A stretch of 64,000 bases of DNA from Bdellovibrionales bacterium (GCA_031426555.1 JANPLN010000062.1:1-64000); one strand, 5' to 3'; counted from the stretch's first letter, positions 19,507 to 29,802 are shown. A program made the numbers and translations. Notes: generated from the sequence alone by a model not told the origin.

Positions 19507-19518
19507 ATAATCTCCCTT

Positions 19519-20499
19519 TTATCTTTTATTAATTTTTTCGGTTATTTTCATCGCAACAGAACCGTGGCTTGTTCCGTAGAATCCTTTAAACTTTTTCACG
19601 CCCTCAACCAACACGTCGATCTCTTTGCTGGCATCTTGGTTGAGTGGCAAAATATCGCCCACCTTAAGCTCCATCAAATCCTTGATAGAAAATACGCTTT
19701 CGCCAAGGTTCACTTTTATATCCACGCTGACGTCTTTTAATTGTTCAGAAATAATTTTTGACCAAATTCGCTTGTCTGTTTGATCCGCTTCCACCTGAAA
19801 GCCCGAAGATAATTTTTGTTTTATAGGCTCAATGGCCGAGTACGGAATCACTAACGTGATTGTGCCGCTGGCTTTTTCGAGTTCCACATCAAACGTGGAT
19901 GCAATAACAACATCCGTTGGCGGCACGATCCCCACAAATTGTGGATTCACTTCGGTGCGCACAAAACTGCAATCGATCACTTCTACAGATTCCCAAGCGA
20001 CCTCTAAATCTTGAATCGCTAGCTCCACCACTTTTTTAACTATGGATAGCTCAATGGGGGTAAAATCTTTACCTTCAACTTTTGTGTAAGGTCGATCATC
20101 GCCACCAAAAAAACTGTCGATGAGGGCATAGGCTAACTTTGTTTCGATCACAAAAAGCGCTGATCCGCGCAGATTTCCCATCCGCAAAACACTCATGCAT
20201 GTTGGCGCTGGCAGTGTGTTAATAAACTCGCCGAATTTTAAGAAGTCTGTGCTCGAGTGGTTTAATGCGGCAATTTTGCGTATAGCTGATGAGAGCGTAA
20301 CGCGAAACGAGCGCATAAACTTTTCGTAAATAACGTCGAGCTGTGGAAGTCGGCCACGGATGATTCGATCTTGGCTGGTGAGATCATAGACCACCACCAC
20401 ACGATCATCGTGCTTGCCTTGTCCATCCAGCTTGATCTCGTTATCGGAAACCGCCGATAACAGTGCATCCACTTCACTTTGCGATAAAACCTGATTCAT
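19519..20499 (-). CDS. fliM: FliM
   Basis: LSQSEVDALL CheY-binding motif; C-terminal SpoA domain. Confidence 0.97.
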   Translation of the reverse strand: MNQVLSQSEVDALLSAVSDNEIKLDGQGKHDDRVVVVYDLTSQDRIIRGRLPQLDVIYEKFMRSFRVTLSSAIRKIAALNHSSTDFLKFGEFINTLPAPTCMSVLRMGNLRGSALFVIETKLAYALIDSFFGGDDRPYTKVEGKDFTPIELSIVKKVVELAIQDLEVAWESVEVIDCSFVRTEVNPQFVGIVPPTDVVIASTFDVELEKASGTITLVIPYSAIEPIKQKLSSGFQVEADQTDKRIWSKIISEQLKDVSVDIKVNLGESVFSIKDLMELKVGDILPLNQDASKEIDVLVEGVKKFKGFYGTSHGSVAMKITEKINKR

Positions 20500-20506
20500 A
20501 CAACCC

Positions 20507-21079
20507 CTACTGGAATAAAAACTCTGTGAATAAAATCTTTTTGATCTTTCCCTTAGTAAGTATCGAATTTACTGTGTCGATGATTTCTGCTTTTAATTTG
20601 TCTTGCGCATTTTCACCGGAGACTTCGCCGTAGCGTTTACTTGTTAGTAAAATGATAATCATGTCGCGCACTTGCGCTTGGCGTTTTAAGATCTCATCCT
20701 GCGCAGGCGTTGTGTCCACCTCGAGGCTCATCGTGACTTTTAAAAGTTTGTAACCTTCGCTACCATCCAAATTGACATAAAAGGTTTCGAGTGCGACCAG
20801 TTTTAACTCGTGTTCGGATGGTTTCTTTTCATCCTTCGCCGCAGGGCCGTCTTTTATTTCGCCAATCTCTGTGGCGGCTTTTACGACTTCCCGGGTTGCC
20901 TTTGAATATTGATAAAGGCCAAAACCCACGCCGGCAAACGCCAGAGAGTTTACAACCACTAGGATCATAAGGATCAAGGAACGCTTGTCTGAGCCTTGAC
21001 CTGGGCCTTGACCTGAGTCTCGTGATTTATCGTCGCCGTCTTCCGCTTTTGATTTTTTTGCTGCATTTGCGTCTGCCAC
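20507..21079 (-). CDS. fliL: FliL
   Basis: Single TM; LETFYVNL; VRDMII; ILFTEFLFQ. Confidence 0.93.
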   Translation of the reverse strand: MADANAAKKSKAEDGDDKSRDSGQGPGQGSDKRSLILMILVVVNSLAFAGVGFGLYQYSKATREVVKAATEIGEIKDGPAAKDEKKPSEHELKLVALETFYVNLDGSEGYKLLKVTMSLEVDTTPAQDEILKRQAQVRDMIIILLTSKRYGEVSGENAQDKLKAEIIDTVNSILTKGKIKKILFTEFLFQ

Positions 21080-21123
21080 TCTTCCCCCATGACATATTCT
21101 TTCAACTGTTCACACAGTATGTG

Positions 21124-21139
21124 AGCAACTTGGGTGCCA
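21124..21139 (-). promoter_or_regulatory. Sigma54 promoter of the fliL-fliA operon
   Basis: TGGCAC-CCAAG-TTGCT, an exact -24/-12 consensus. Confidence 0.85.
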
Positions 21140-21384
21140 CACAGACTTTGGAGCAGGTGTGGGGGTCTCCTCCAATTTACAGGTTTTGAACCCCCGAAAG
21201 GATCGATGTTCTGACTCGCCAGAGCCGGTATATTGACAGGACTGAGGAAAGTTCGGCTATGGCTAGGTGTGTCCTAGACTTGTTGGAATTTCGAAGTCCA
21301 GGCCATTGACCCTTATCGAACAAATCTTGTAATCTTGGAACATGGCTCTAGTGGCTAGAGTTACAGAAACGAAGAGGACGGATT

Positions 21385-22152
21385 ATGAAAAAGAATGAAG
21401 CTTCCAAAAAAGATGGACGTTTGGAAAAAGTTGTCGTGTTTTTATTAGTGGTTTTAATTTCTCTCCTCTCTTTCAGCGTTGGTGTGATTTCGGGAAAAGG
21501 TTTGAGCGATAAAGAGTATGCCCTCAAAGCCATCGATCAAAAAAATTCCCACGCTTTGAATAGCGATGAGTCCGAAGAAGTTCCTGCAGATGCCGATCTT
21601 TCCGAGGAAGAAATTCAACAGTTGGCCACTGCGGCCATTCAAGCTGCCGAAAAAAATGGGGACCTTAAAAAAGACTACAACGCGAGCGGTGAAGACACTG
21701 AAGCTGCAGAAATCGCGGCGCTTGAGAAAAAATCCCATGGCAAAACCGGCGCCCATTCTCCGGCCTCCACTCCTGTGGCCCCTACGTCGGGCTCTGTTGC
21801 TGCTCACGCGCCGGTCTCTGTCGCTGCTCACGCAGCTCCTTCTGCTTCTGCAGCAACGGCTCCTAAGGCCGACGAACGTTTTCCGACCAGCGTAAAAAAA
21901 GGCGCCGCCGAAGCTGAGTACACTGTTCAGGTGGCCGCGTATCCAAATCCCAAGGACGCAGAGGCAATGTCCGCCTCGCTCATTAAAAAAGGCCTTCCGG
22001 CGTTTCCTGTAAAAGTGATGCTGAATGGCGCTGAGTGGTACAAGGTGAGTGTCGGCAGCTTTAAAAACCGTAAAGAAGCCATGGACTATCAGGCCGAGCT
22101 TAAAAAGCAGGGCGTCGTTAAAGACGCTTTTGTTCAAAAAATAGTCAAATAG
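21385..22152 (+). CDS. SPOR-domain membrane-anchored protein
   Basis: N-terminal TM, low-complexity linker, YTVQVAAY...WYKVSVGSF SPOR domain. Confidence 0.9.
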   Translation: MKKNEASKKDGRLEKVVVFLLVVLISLLSFSVGVISGKGLSDKEYALKAIDQKNSHALNSDESEEVPADADLSEEEIQQLATAAIQAAEKNGDLKKDYNASGEDTEAAEIAALEKKSHGKTGAHSPASTPVAPTSGSVAAHAPVSVAAHAAPSASAATAPKADERFPTSVKKGAAEAEYTVQVAAYPNPKDAEAMSASLIKKGLPAFPVKVMLNGAEWYKVSVGSFKNRKEAMDYQAELKKQGVVKDAFVQKIVK

Positions 22153-22225
22153 GTTTACCCAATTAGCGCCCATCCTGGGCGACCCTCATTGACATCGACC
22201 GAAGAATGATTAAGTTTAGCGGTCT

Positions 22226-24445
22226 ATGTCGTCTGTCAGTCTGAATCCAGCCCAACAACAAGCTGTCGTACATACCGGATCGCCACTGCTTATTTTAGCT
22301 GGCGCAGGCTCTGGCAAAACCCGAGTTCTCACACAAAAAATCTGTCATCTGATCGAAACCAATCAATATCATCCCCGCGAAATTTTGGCGGTCACCTTTA
22401 CCAACAAAGCCGCCCGCGAAATGAAGGAGCGCATGTCGCGCATGCTCCCTCCGCATCTGGCCTACGACGTGTGGATCAGCACATTTCACTCCCTGGGTGT
22501 GCAGATTTTGCGGCGCTATGCGGACGTGATGGGTTACAAAAAAGGCTTTACCATTTTTGACGACTCCGATCAGACCACGGTGATTAAAAAAGTTTTAAAA
22601 AAATTAAATCTCAACGAAAAAATTATCACCCCCAAGTTTTGCCAATCGCGCATCAACATGGCAAAAGCCTCTGTTCTCACGCAGCAACAGATCGATTCGC
22701 AAAAATCTTTGTTTAATAAAGAGTTCACCGCTGTTTACGCCGCCTACGAGCAAGAACTTAAAGCCAACAATGCTTTTGATTTTGGCGATTTGATTTCGAA
22801 AACTTTGTATTTGGTGGAAAACTACCCGCATGTTCAGCAAGAGCTGCAAAATACATTTAGGTTTGTGATGGTGGATGAGTATCAGGATACCAACGTCAGC
22901 CAGTACCGTTTGATGAAAGCTTTATGCCCCGACAAAAGCAATATCTGCGTGGTGGGCGACGAAGATCAATCCATCTACGCGTGGCGCGGGGCGGATATAA
23001 CCAACATTCTCAATTTCGAAAAAGACTTTCCGGGAACGCAGGTCATTAAGCTTGAGCAAAACTACCGCTCAACAAAAAATATCATCACCGCCGCCTCGGC
23101 CGTGATTCAGCACAACTCTCAACGCCATGACAAAAAACTATTTACCGACAACCCGGACGGCGAGCTTATAAAAATTGTAAACGTTGAAAACGAATACGAA
23201 GAATCCCAGTACGTGGCGGACAGGATTTCGCATCTCCACCTCAGTGGCACTCCTTTGAGTGATATCGCAGTTTTTTATCGCACCAACGCCCAATCCCGAG
23301 TGATCGAAGAACAACTGCGCAATAAACAACTGACGTACAAACTTTTTGGTGGCATTCGCTTTTATGATCGCAAAGAGATCAAAGACATCGCCTCGTATTT
23401 AAATCTCTTACTCAACCCCACCGACGATGTGTCGTTTAAACGCGTGGTCAATGTTCCCGCGCGCAGTCTTGGCAAGACCTCGGTTGAACAGATCGAGCAG
23501 ATCAGCATCGACAACAATTGCAGCATGGTGGAAGCCTCTATCCGAGCGGTGCAGGGAAAACTTCTCACTTCGCGCGCGAACAACAAACTGAGCGAGTTTT
23601 TAGATTTACTTGTTAAACTTCGCGCAAAAAGCACCAGCATGGATATTTACGCTCTCTACAACGAAATTCTGCACGATACCGGTTACCTGCGCGAGCTCGA
23701 GCAGGACGACACCATCGAGTCTAAGTCGCGCATCGAAAACTTGCAGGAATTTGGCAACGCCATCATGCGGTTTATCGAGACCCATCAAGACGATGTGTCG
23801 CTGGAAAAATTCTTAAGCGACATGGCTTTGGTTTCCGACGCCGACACGTTGGCCGCCGACAATCAGCCGGCCATTACGTTGATGACACTGCATATTTCAA
23901 AAGGCTTGGAATTTCCCCATGTGTTTATGCTGGGCATGGAAGAGGGGTTATTTCCCGGCCATCAAAGCATCGAAGAAGCCGGTGATCGCATGGAAGAGGA
24001 GCGACGCCTTTGCTACGTGGGCATGACCCGCGCCGAGAAGTCACTGTACATGTGCCATGCCCGCAGCCGTCGCCATTGGGGCGAACATCAGTTTAATCCC
24101 CCCAGTCGCTTTTTAGACGAAATCCCATCGCACCTTTCCGAGCCGGTCAGCTTAATCCAACGTCGCCCGCAATTTATGAATCGCACAAGCACCTTCGGCA
24201 AACCACAATCTTCCGCCAATCAATTGAGCTCCGGTTTTGATACCTTTCCCGATTACGAAAACATGAGCGACGTGCAAGACGGAAACCCTTATAAAAAAGG
24301 CGCCCGTGTTCGCCACCCCGTTTTTGGCGCCGGTGCCATCTTTAGCGTTGAAGGCTCGGGCGACGCCACCAAAGTTTCCATTCTGTTTACTGACCAGAGC
24401 ATCAAAAAGTTTATTGCCAGACACGCAAACTTAACGTTTATTTAA
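22226..24445 (+). CDS. pcrA: UvrD/PcrA superfamily 1 helicase
   Basis: LAGAGSGKT, TFTNKAA, VDEYQDTN, YRTNAQSR, EEERRLCYVGMTRA; C-terminal Tudor-like RHPVFG. Confidence 0.95.
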   Translation: MSSVSLNPAQQQAVVHTGSPLLILAGAGSGKTRVLTQKICHLIETNQYHPREILAVTFTNKAAREMKERMSRMLPPHLAYDVWISTFHSLGVQILRRYADVMGYKKGFTIFDDSDQTTVIKKVLKKLNLNEKIITPKFCQSRINMAKASVLTQQQIDSQKSLFNKEFTAVYAAYEQELKANNAFDFGDLISKTLYLVENYPHVQQELQNTFRFVMVDEYQDTNVSQYRLMKALCPDKSNICVVGDEDQSIYAWRGADITNILNFEKDFPGTQVIKLEQNYRSTKNIITAASAVIQHNSQRHDKKLFTDNPDGELIKIVNVENEYEESQYVADRISHLHLSGTPLSDIAVFYRTNAQSRVIEEQLRNKQLTYKLFGGIRFYDRKEIKDIASYLNLLLNPTDDVSFKRVVNVPARSLGKTSVEQIEQISIDNNCSMVEASIRAVQGKLLTSRANNKLSEFLDLLVKLRAKSTSMDIYALYNEILHDTGYLRELEQDDTIESKSRIENLQEFGNAIMRFIETHQDDVSLEKFLSDMALVSDADTLAADNQPAITLMTLHISKGLEFPHVFMLGMEEGLFPGHQSIEEAGDRMEEERRLCYVGMTRAEKSLYMCHARSRRHWGEHQFNPPSRFLDEIPSHLSEPVSLIQRRPQFMNRTSTFGKPQSSANQLSSGFDTFPDYENMSDVQDGNPYKKGARVRHPVFGAGAIFSVEGSGDATKVSILFTDQSIKKFIARHANLTFI

Positions 24446-24448
24446 GTT

Positions 24449-24748
24449 ATGGACATAGAAATTCTTTTTCGACGATTGATGGCGCTTCCTTACATTCCAA
24501 GTCTTCTTAGCTGGGCGTTTTTTGGGCTTCTCGCTGGCGTCGTTGCAAAAATCATTCTGCCTGGGCAAGAGAGCCTAGGCTGGATTCGCACCATTCTGGT
24601 TGGTATCTGTGGGGCATTTTTGGGTGGGTTTCTCGCGGCCTTCTTAGGATATAATGTGCACATGGGATGGAACATGCTTGGCTTTGTGGCGGCTGTTGGC
24701 GGCTCAGTGGTACTACTACTCATCAACCGCTTAGTGACACGCACATAG
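24449..24748 (+). CDS. GlsB/YeaQ/YmgE (transglycosylase-associated) membrane protein
   Basis: GLLAGVVAKIILPG...ILVGICGAFLGGFL...AVGGSVVLL. Confidence 0.88.
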   Translation: MDIEILFRRLMALPYIPSLLSWAFFGLLAGVVAKIILPGQESLGWIRTILVGICGAFLGGFLAAFLGYNVHMGWNMLGFVAAVGGSVVLLLINRLVTRT

Positions 24749-24761
24749 CCATTCTCACGCA

Positions 24762-24922
24762 AAAATTTCGAATTTAGTTTTTCTGAGCTTCAAATAAAAT
24801 ATGTCTAAATAGGACGCGGGCATCGTGCCCTCAACCGCAAGGTCATACACCATCCTGGTGTTGCGGAGGTCCTATTTAGACATATTTTATTTGAAGCTCA
24901 GAAAAACTAAATTCGAAATTTT
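24762..24922. repeat. 161-bp element with perfect 54-bp inverted arms and a structured 53-bp core
   Basis: 24762-24815 is the exact reverse complement of 24869-24922. Confidence 0.95.
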
Positions 24923-25056
24923 GAGATTCAAACTGGCAAAGTTTGGGAACTGAAGGGGGAAGCTGGGCCATTCAGTGGGGTTTATTGAGCAACGCGGGCT
25001 GTTCCTGTTTGCAAGTGTCTACACTGTTGTTATGATTTTATTTCCCAGGAGGCCCT

Positions 25057-25356
25057 ATGGTCACTTTTTGCAAAATTTGTTTTGTTCTCGTTTTTATCGC
25101 GTGTTTGTCGGCGTGTTCCAGTCATCCGATTAAGCCTGAAGGCAAGAATGTGGAAGTCAGTCGCAATGATGCTGGCAAGGATTGCAAAGAGATTGGGCGG
25201 GTTGAAGGGCGTGTGAAAAACGTTAAAGGCAACTTTGACGAAGCCATGGAAGATTTGAAACTGGATGCGGCTCGTAAGGGTGCCAATTACGTAAAGATGG
25301 AACAGACCGGAGCCATGGGGCAGTCGGTGGCTGGCGTTGCTTATTTTTGCGAATAG
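25057..25356 (+). CDS. Small lipoprotein (DUF4156-like)
   Basis: Lipobox LSAC; CKEIGRVEG; AARKGAN; C-terminal AYFC. Confidence 0.75.
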   Translation: MVTFCKICFVLVFIACLSACSSHPIKPEGKNVEVSRNDAGKDCKEIGRVEGRVKNVKGNFDEAMEDLKLDAARKGANYVKMEQTGAMGQSVAGVAYFCE

Positions 25357-25411
25357 CAAAATACAGGCAAATGTTCCTCACCCAGTCATCATGATCGCTC
25401 AGTTTTTTTTA

Positions 25412-25918
25412 TTACAAGGATTTTAAAAAAATAAAATCGGTTTGGGCTTCATCACCCATCACAAACTCGTGGGACGAGATTTTTTTAAAGCCGTGCTTTT
25501 CGTAAAATCTTTGGGCGCGGTAATTCTTTTCCCACACGCCTAACCAAAATGAGCCATACCCCAGATCGCGGGCTTTTTGTTCGCACACTGCCATCATTTG
25601 ATCGGCAAAGCCGCGCCCGTGGTACTCGGCGAGTAAATAAAACCGTTTCAGCTCCAGGTTAATTCCTTCATAGACTTCGGTGTTATTAAACAGCATCTGA
25701 ATATAGCCCACGAGGTTGTCCTCGATAAAACAGCCAAATGTAAAATAGTTGGGATCGGCTAATTCACGGCGAAAGGCATCCGCAGTGAGATGAGCATCGG
25801 CGTAGCCAATAACGTTCTTTTCGTCATTTGTGGGCAAAAAAGTTTCGACAAAGATCCTATGGGCTATGGGAGCTAATTTATCGGCATCTAATGGTGTGAG
25901 TGATGTAATTTTCAGCAT
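25412..25918 (-). CDS. GNAT acetyltransferase (PaiA-like)
   Basis: YHGRGFA, WLGVWEKNYRAQRFYEKHGF. Confidence 0.9.
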   Translation of the reverse strand: MLKITSLTPLDADKLAPIAHRIFVETFLPTNDEKNVIGYADAHLTADAFRRELADPNYFTFGCFIEDNLVGYIQMLFNNTEVYEGINLELKRFYLLAEYHGRGFADQMMAVCEQKARDLGYGSFWLGVWEKNYRAQRFYEKHGFKKISSHEFVMGDEAQTDFIFLKSL

Positions 25919-25925
25919 ATGGTAA

Positions 25926-26306
25926 TTGCCGAGAACTTATGTTAAAAGCTCGTCCATGGTTATTACAAATTTATCAGGTGAAAAGATTATCTATCCACAG
26001 CAGCAGTTGCTCCCCATTCACTTGGCGACGCGATTAAAAAATACTCTGATTACGTTGGTCAAATGCAGCGCAGTTACGGCGCTGCTGTCTTTGATTCCAA
26101 TTCTGCACTTTGTTCTTGTTCCACTGGGTTGCTTTTTGACGGTGATCAGCACTTGGTTTTCTTGGAAACGAAGTTACTTTTTTGAACAAATCGAAATCCA
26201 TTGCCCAAGCTGTGATCAAAAAACCACGGCAACATTGGGTGGCTCGGAATTACCTCTGAGAACCTTTTGCCCCAGCTGCCGAAACATGGTTTACGTCGCA
26301 AACTAA
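25926..26306 (+). CDS. Small membrane protein with C-terminal zinc ribbon
   Basis: Two TMs (IPILHFVLVP); CPSC...CPSC. Confidence 0.7.
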   Translation: MPRTYVKSSSMVITNLSGEKIIYPQQQLLPIHLATRLKNTLITLVKCSAVTALLSLIPILHFVLVPLGCFLTVISTWFSWKRSYFFEQIEIHCPSCDQKTTATLGGSELPLRTFCPSCRNMVYVAN

Positions 26307-26318
26307 GTAACCAGTAAA

Positions 26319-27149
26319 CTAAATCGCGGTCGGTTGATCGCGCAGATATCGGCAATGGAGTGTAATATCGTAGCGCTTGCCATCGGGTGAGACAAAGCGT
26401 CCCGCGCTCTCCTCAAGAAGATATATTTGTTGAAAAATTTCGCATTTCTTCCCCAAGTTGTCGCTCGCCTGGATGTAAAAATCAATTCTTGCGCCGTCGT
26501 AGTTGTGCAGCGATTCTTTGAGCGAGGCGTTGAGATCTTTCATGTAAATGGTTCCCGATCCTCGATAGCCACGCAAGGTGCTCATTGTATAAGGCTTGGG
26601 GTACAAACTGCGATCGATCAAATCTATTGCGGGTGTGACTTCTTGATTCTCGCCAAACCAACCCACAAACGAGCGCTGCTGCTCGTGGGTCACAAAAGGA
26701 TCATACCCTTCAATTTCTTCCCAGGTGCTGAGGTATTCTTGCGAGTGATAAAGAATCAATCGCACGTCCGAAAAATAATCTGCAGGCGATGTGTATACCA
26801 CACGCGGCCCACGCGCTAAAAGATGGCCATGGAAAAAATCCTTTAGGCTTAAATTAAAATAATAGTTTTTTTCGTAGGCGCTGCGAACATGATCGGCGAT
26901 TTTTGCCGCCATCGACTGCGGCAAGTAGACCACATCCATGGCGAGCACATCGTTTGGGCGGCCGCACTGATCGTCGAGATACGACGAAGTTTTAATTCGG
27001 CAATATTCGGCGGTGATTTCTTTGACGGTGCGAAGTTTTTTAATAACAATATTTTCGTCAGAATTTTGCGGGCTTATCGCCACAACAAATGATGTGATTA
27101 AATGAACCCAAACTAAACCCATTAAGCCCCCCAGGAACCCTATGAACAA
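26319..27149 (-). CDS. Hypothetical exported protein
   Basis: Long ORF with hydrophobic N-terminus; start may be MGLVW at about 27122. Confidence 0.55.
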   Translation of the reverse strand: MFIGFLGGLMGLVWVHLITSFVVAISPQNSDENIVIKKLRTVKEITAEYCRIKTSSYLDDQCGRPNDVLAMDVVYLPQSMAAKIADHVRSAYEKNYYFNLSLKDFFHGHLLARGPRVVYTSPADYFSDVRLILYHSQEYLSTWEEIEGYDPFVTHEQQRSFVGWFGENQEVTPAIDLIDRSLYPKPYTMSTLRGYRGSGTIYMKDLNASLKESLHNYDGARIDFYIQASDNLGKKCEIFQQIYLLEESAGRFVSPDGKRYDITLHCRYLRDQPTAI

Positions 27150-27204
27150 AACGCATTAATAGCATAGGAGGTGGAGAATAATGCAGAGTAAATTTTACAT
27201 TTTT

Positions 27205-27378
27205 TTAGGCAATTTTTAGGATGTAGATTTTGGGCGAAGTTTTGAGCTCTAAGAAGGAGCGCATTTTGTAAATGCGAAAACTATTGTAGTCGGTCAACGC
27301 GGCCACGTCCTGAGTCTTTGCAGGACTTGAGAGCAAACACGGAGCTGATAATAAGATCGACAAAACAAGTAACTTCAT
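27205..27378 (-). CDS. 57-aa secreted peptide under a sigma28 promoter
   Basis: MKLLVLSILLSAPCLLSSPAKTQ...; ATG 7 nt after the -10 box. Confidence 0.55.
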   Translation of the reverse strand: MKLLVLSILLSAPCLLSSPAKTQDVAALTDYNSFRIYKMRSFLELKTSPKIYILKIA

Positions 27379-27385
27379 ACCTATT

Positions 27386-27412
27386 CTATCGGCAGAATCC
27401 ATCACAACTTTA
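27386..27412 (-). promoter_or_regulatory. Sigma28 (FliA) promoter
   Basis: TAAA-N15-GCCGATAG, near-perfect consensus. Confidence 0.8.
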
Positions 27413-27548
27413 GTATGGATTGTACCAATTTGAGAATTGCACCAAAAAATCGACATTTTTTTGATAAAACATTGATCAATCCCGCAATTATTACATCTAA
27501 AAAGGCTCCCCATAGAAAAACTCACTCCAATGCTGTTAAAAGACCTTT

Positions 27549-28703
27549 ATGAAATACAATCCACTCCTCAAAACTTTCGTTCTTTTTCTTTTTATGTCCA
27601 CGCAAGCCCTAGCCGAGATCACCATTACTTTTGGTGGAGACTTAAATTTAAGTCCATCCCGGGGACCGGTAGATGATACCGGCTCGAGTAAACATGGCAC
27701 CTTCTACACCTGGGAAGAAATGTTTGCAGGCTTAGCGCCCCTTATCGATGGACAGCTTAACTTTGCCAATGTGGAAACCGTGGTGAGCGACCGCAGTTTG
27801 CCCGATACGGGTGGCAAGTTTATTTTTAACACCCATCCCGAAGGTTTGGCGTATGCGGTCGAGCTTGGCTTTAATCTTTTCAGCGTTTCTAACAACCACG
27901 TCGGCGATTACGGTGTCACTGGAATGGAAGAAACACTTCTGTGGCTTGAAAAAACGAATCGCGAAGTGGGAAAAATTTATTATTCGGGCTTGGGCTACAA
28001 TCGCACACAAGCTCTTACACCCACATTGATCCCCGTGCGCTCTGGCAATAAAACCTACACCATTGCTTTTTTAGCAATGACGGCCGTGGCAAATAAACCG
28101 TCACAGGCGGGCGACAACACTGCGGGCACTCTGTACTTTCGCGACGACACTGATTTTGCCCAAGGCCTTGCGGCTTTGAAAAACGCCCCAGCTCATTATA
28201 AAATTCTCTCTATTCATGGTGGGCGTGAGGGAAAGGTGCAACTCGATAGAGGCCAGCATTCGCGCTACAACCAAGCCCTGAATGATGGCGATGTGGATTT
28301 AATCCTGGGCCATCACCCCCACCGTGTACGACCCATCGAGCGCGTGAATCATAAGCTGATTTTTTACAGTCTTGGTAATTATCAAATGCTGGGCGCTAAA
28401 AATATCAATGGTTCGGGCGCGCTCTACGATTATGGTTTGCTGGGTAAAGTTCATCTGGAGTGGGATGCCAAGCGCTCGCGTTTGGTGGCGCAAGCCACCG
28501 AGATCGTGGCTTTAACAAATCTGCATGCCGCCGCTAAGCCGCTATCTCCCGCAGAAGGAGCCCAGCGTGTAGAACTTTTAAATGAGCTGAGTTCAGACGA
28601 GCTGGGCGACGGGGCGCAGACATTTGTGCCCAATAGGTCTGGATACGGCGAAGCCTGTTTGGGAAATAATCCTGGTCCACGCGCAAAAGCTATTTGCAAT
28701 TAA
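27549..28703 (+). CDS. CapA/PGA_cap family metallophosphatase, exported
   Basis: GGDL, NVET, SNNHVGDYG, IHGG, GHHPH, YSLGN. Confidence 0.9.
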   Translation: MKYNPLLKTFVLFLFMSTQALAEITITFGGDLNLSPSRGPVDDTGSSKHGTFYTWEEMFAGLAPLIDGQLNFANVETVVSDRSLPDTGGKFIFNTHPEGLAYAVELGFNLFSVSNNHVGDYGVTGMEETLLWLEKTNREVGKIYYSGLGYNRTQALTPTLIPVRSGNKTYTIAFLAMTAVANKPSQAGDNTAGTLYFRDDTDFAQGLAALKNAPAHYKILSIHGGREGKVQLDRGQHSRYNQALNDGDVDLILGHHPHRVRPIERVNHKLIFYSLGNYQMLGAKNINGSGALYDYGLLGKVHLEWDAKRSRLVAQATEIVALTNLHAAAKPLSPAEGAQRVELLNELSSDELGDGAQTFVPNRSGYGEACLGNNPGPRAKAICN

Positions 28704-28768
28704 AAATGTCTCGCGCTTGTTCTCTTTTGGTGACTCTGTTATAAACAGCCAAACTTTTCTATCGCGAA

Positions 28769-29467
28769 GTGGTTATGCGTCCTTATTCTAAATTTTTTAT
28801 TTTAGGCTTTCGGCAGATGATTCCAGTGACAACGGGCGTGATTCCTTTTGGCGCCGTGATGGGCACAGTTTTTTATAACTCTGGGCTTAGTTTTTTTCAG
28901 TCCATGACCATGAATATTTTTATGTACTCGGGGTCTGCACAGCTCGCCTCCATTGATCTAATGACGAAGCATGCGGCCAGTGCTGTTGTGATTGCCACGG
29001 GCTTGGTGATCAACTTGCGGTTTTTACTTTACAGCGCGGGCCTCTCGCCCTACCTGCAGCAATCGGGGTTTTGGACCAAGGTGGTTTGCGCTCATACCCT
29101 TACCGACCAAAGCTACGCAGTGATGAGTGCGAATACGAATATTTTGAAAACTAAAACCGAAGCGGTGTCGTTCTATTTAGGCACCGCTTTGTGTATGTGG
29201 TTGGTGTGGCAGTCGTCGGTGGTGGCGGGATTTATTTTTGGAAATTTTGCGCCCACGTCGTGGTCCTTGGATTTTGCAGTGCCATTAAGTTTTGTGGCGC
29301 TGGTGATTCCGACGCTGAAAAATTACAAGTATGTGGCGGTGGCTGCGTTTTCGTCGGCGCTTTCGATTTTGTTTTACGGTCTTCCTTTTAAATTGGGTTT
29401 GATTGCCACTGCCCTCTGCGCCATTGCTTTGGCTCTGGTGCTCACGAAGCGGGAGACTCGATCATGA
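28769..29467 (+). CDS. azlC: AzlC family branched-chain amino acid exporter subunit
   Basis: YSGSAQLA, INLRFLLYS, LTDQSYA, LDFAVP. Confidence 0.9.
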   Translation: MVMRPYSKFFILGFRQMIPVTTGVIPFGAVMGTVFYNSGLSFFQSMTMNIFMYSGSAQLASIDLMTKHAASAVVIATGLVINLRFLLYSAGLSPYLQQSGFWTKVVCAHTLTDQSYAVMSANTNILKTKTEAVSFYLGTALCMWLVWQSSVVAGFIFGNFAPTSWSLDFAVPLSFVALVIPTLKNYKYVAVAAFSSALSILFYGLPFKLGLIATALCAIALALVLTKRETRS

Positions 29468-29793
29468 TTGAGACCTCGTACTTTTGGTTTATTTTTGTTT
29501 GCCTCATGACTGGCACGTTTATCATCCGCGGCTCTTTGATCGCTGCTGCGTCGCAAGTGAAAATTTCGGACCGCGCAAAAGAAGTCTTTTCGTTTATTCC
29601 CGCAGCCATTTTGCCAGCCTTCATTGCGCCTTTTGCGTTTTTTCACGAAGGCCAGGCGCAGTGGGTGCTGGGCAAGGAGCGATTTCTCGTGTTGGTGGTG
29701 GCCACCGCGGTGTGCATGGCAACCCGAAGCACTGTGGCCACGATCTGTTTTGGCTTATCAGCGCTTTATGTCATCACGCAATATTTAACTTAG
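29464..29793 (+). CDS. azlD: AzlD family subunit
   Basis: ATGA overlap with azlC; FIPAAILPAFIAP. Confidence 0.85.
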   Translation: MIETSYFWFIFVCLMTGTFIIRGSLIAAASQVKISDRAKEVFSFIPAAILPAFIAPFAFFHEGQAQWVLGKERFLVLVVATAVCMATRSTVATICFGLSALYVITQYLT

Positions 29794-29802
29794 GCTTTAT
29801 TT

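Noticed and set aside
21141..21345. c-di-GMP or other riboswitch upstream of fliL/SPOR
   Set aside because: No GEMM consensus found; the region lies upstream of the sigma54 promoter
24762..24922. Retron msr-msd
   Set aside because: Inverted arms are present but there is no reverse transcriptase in the window
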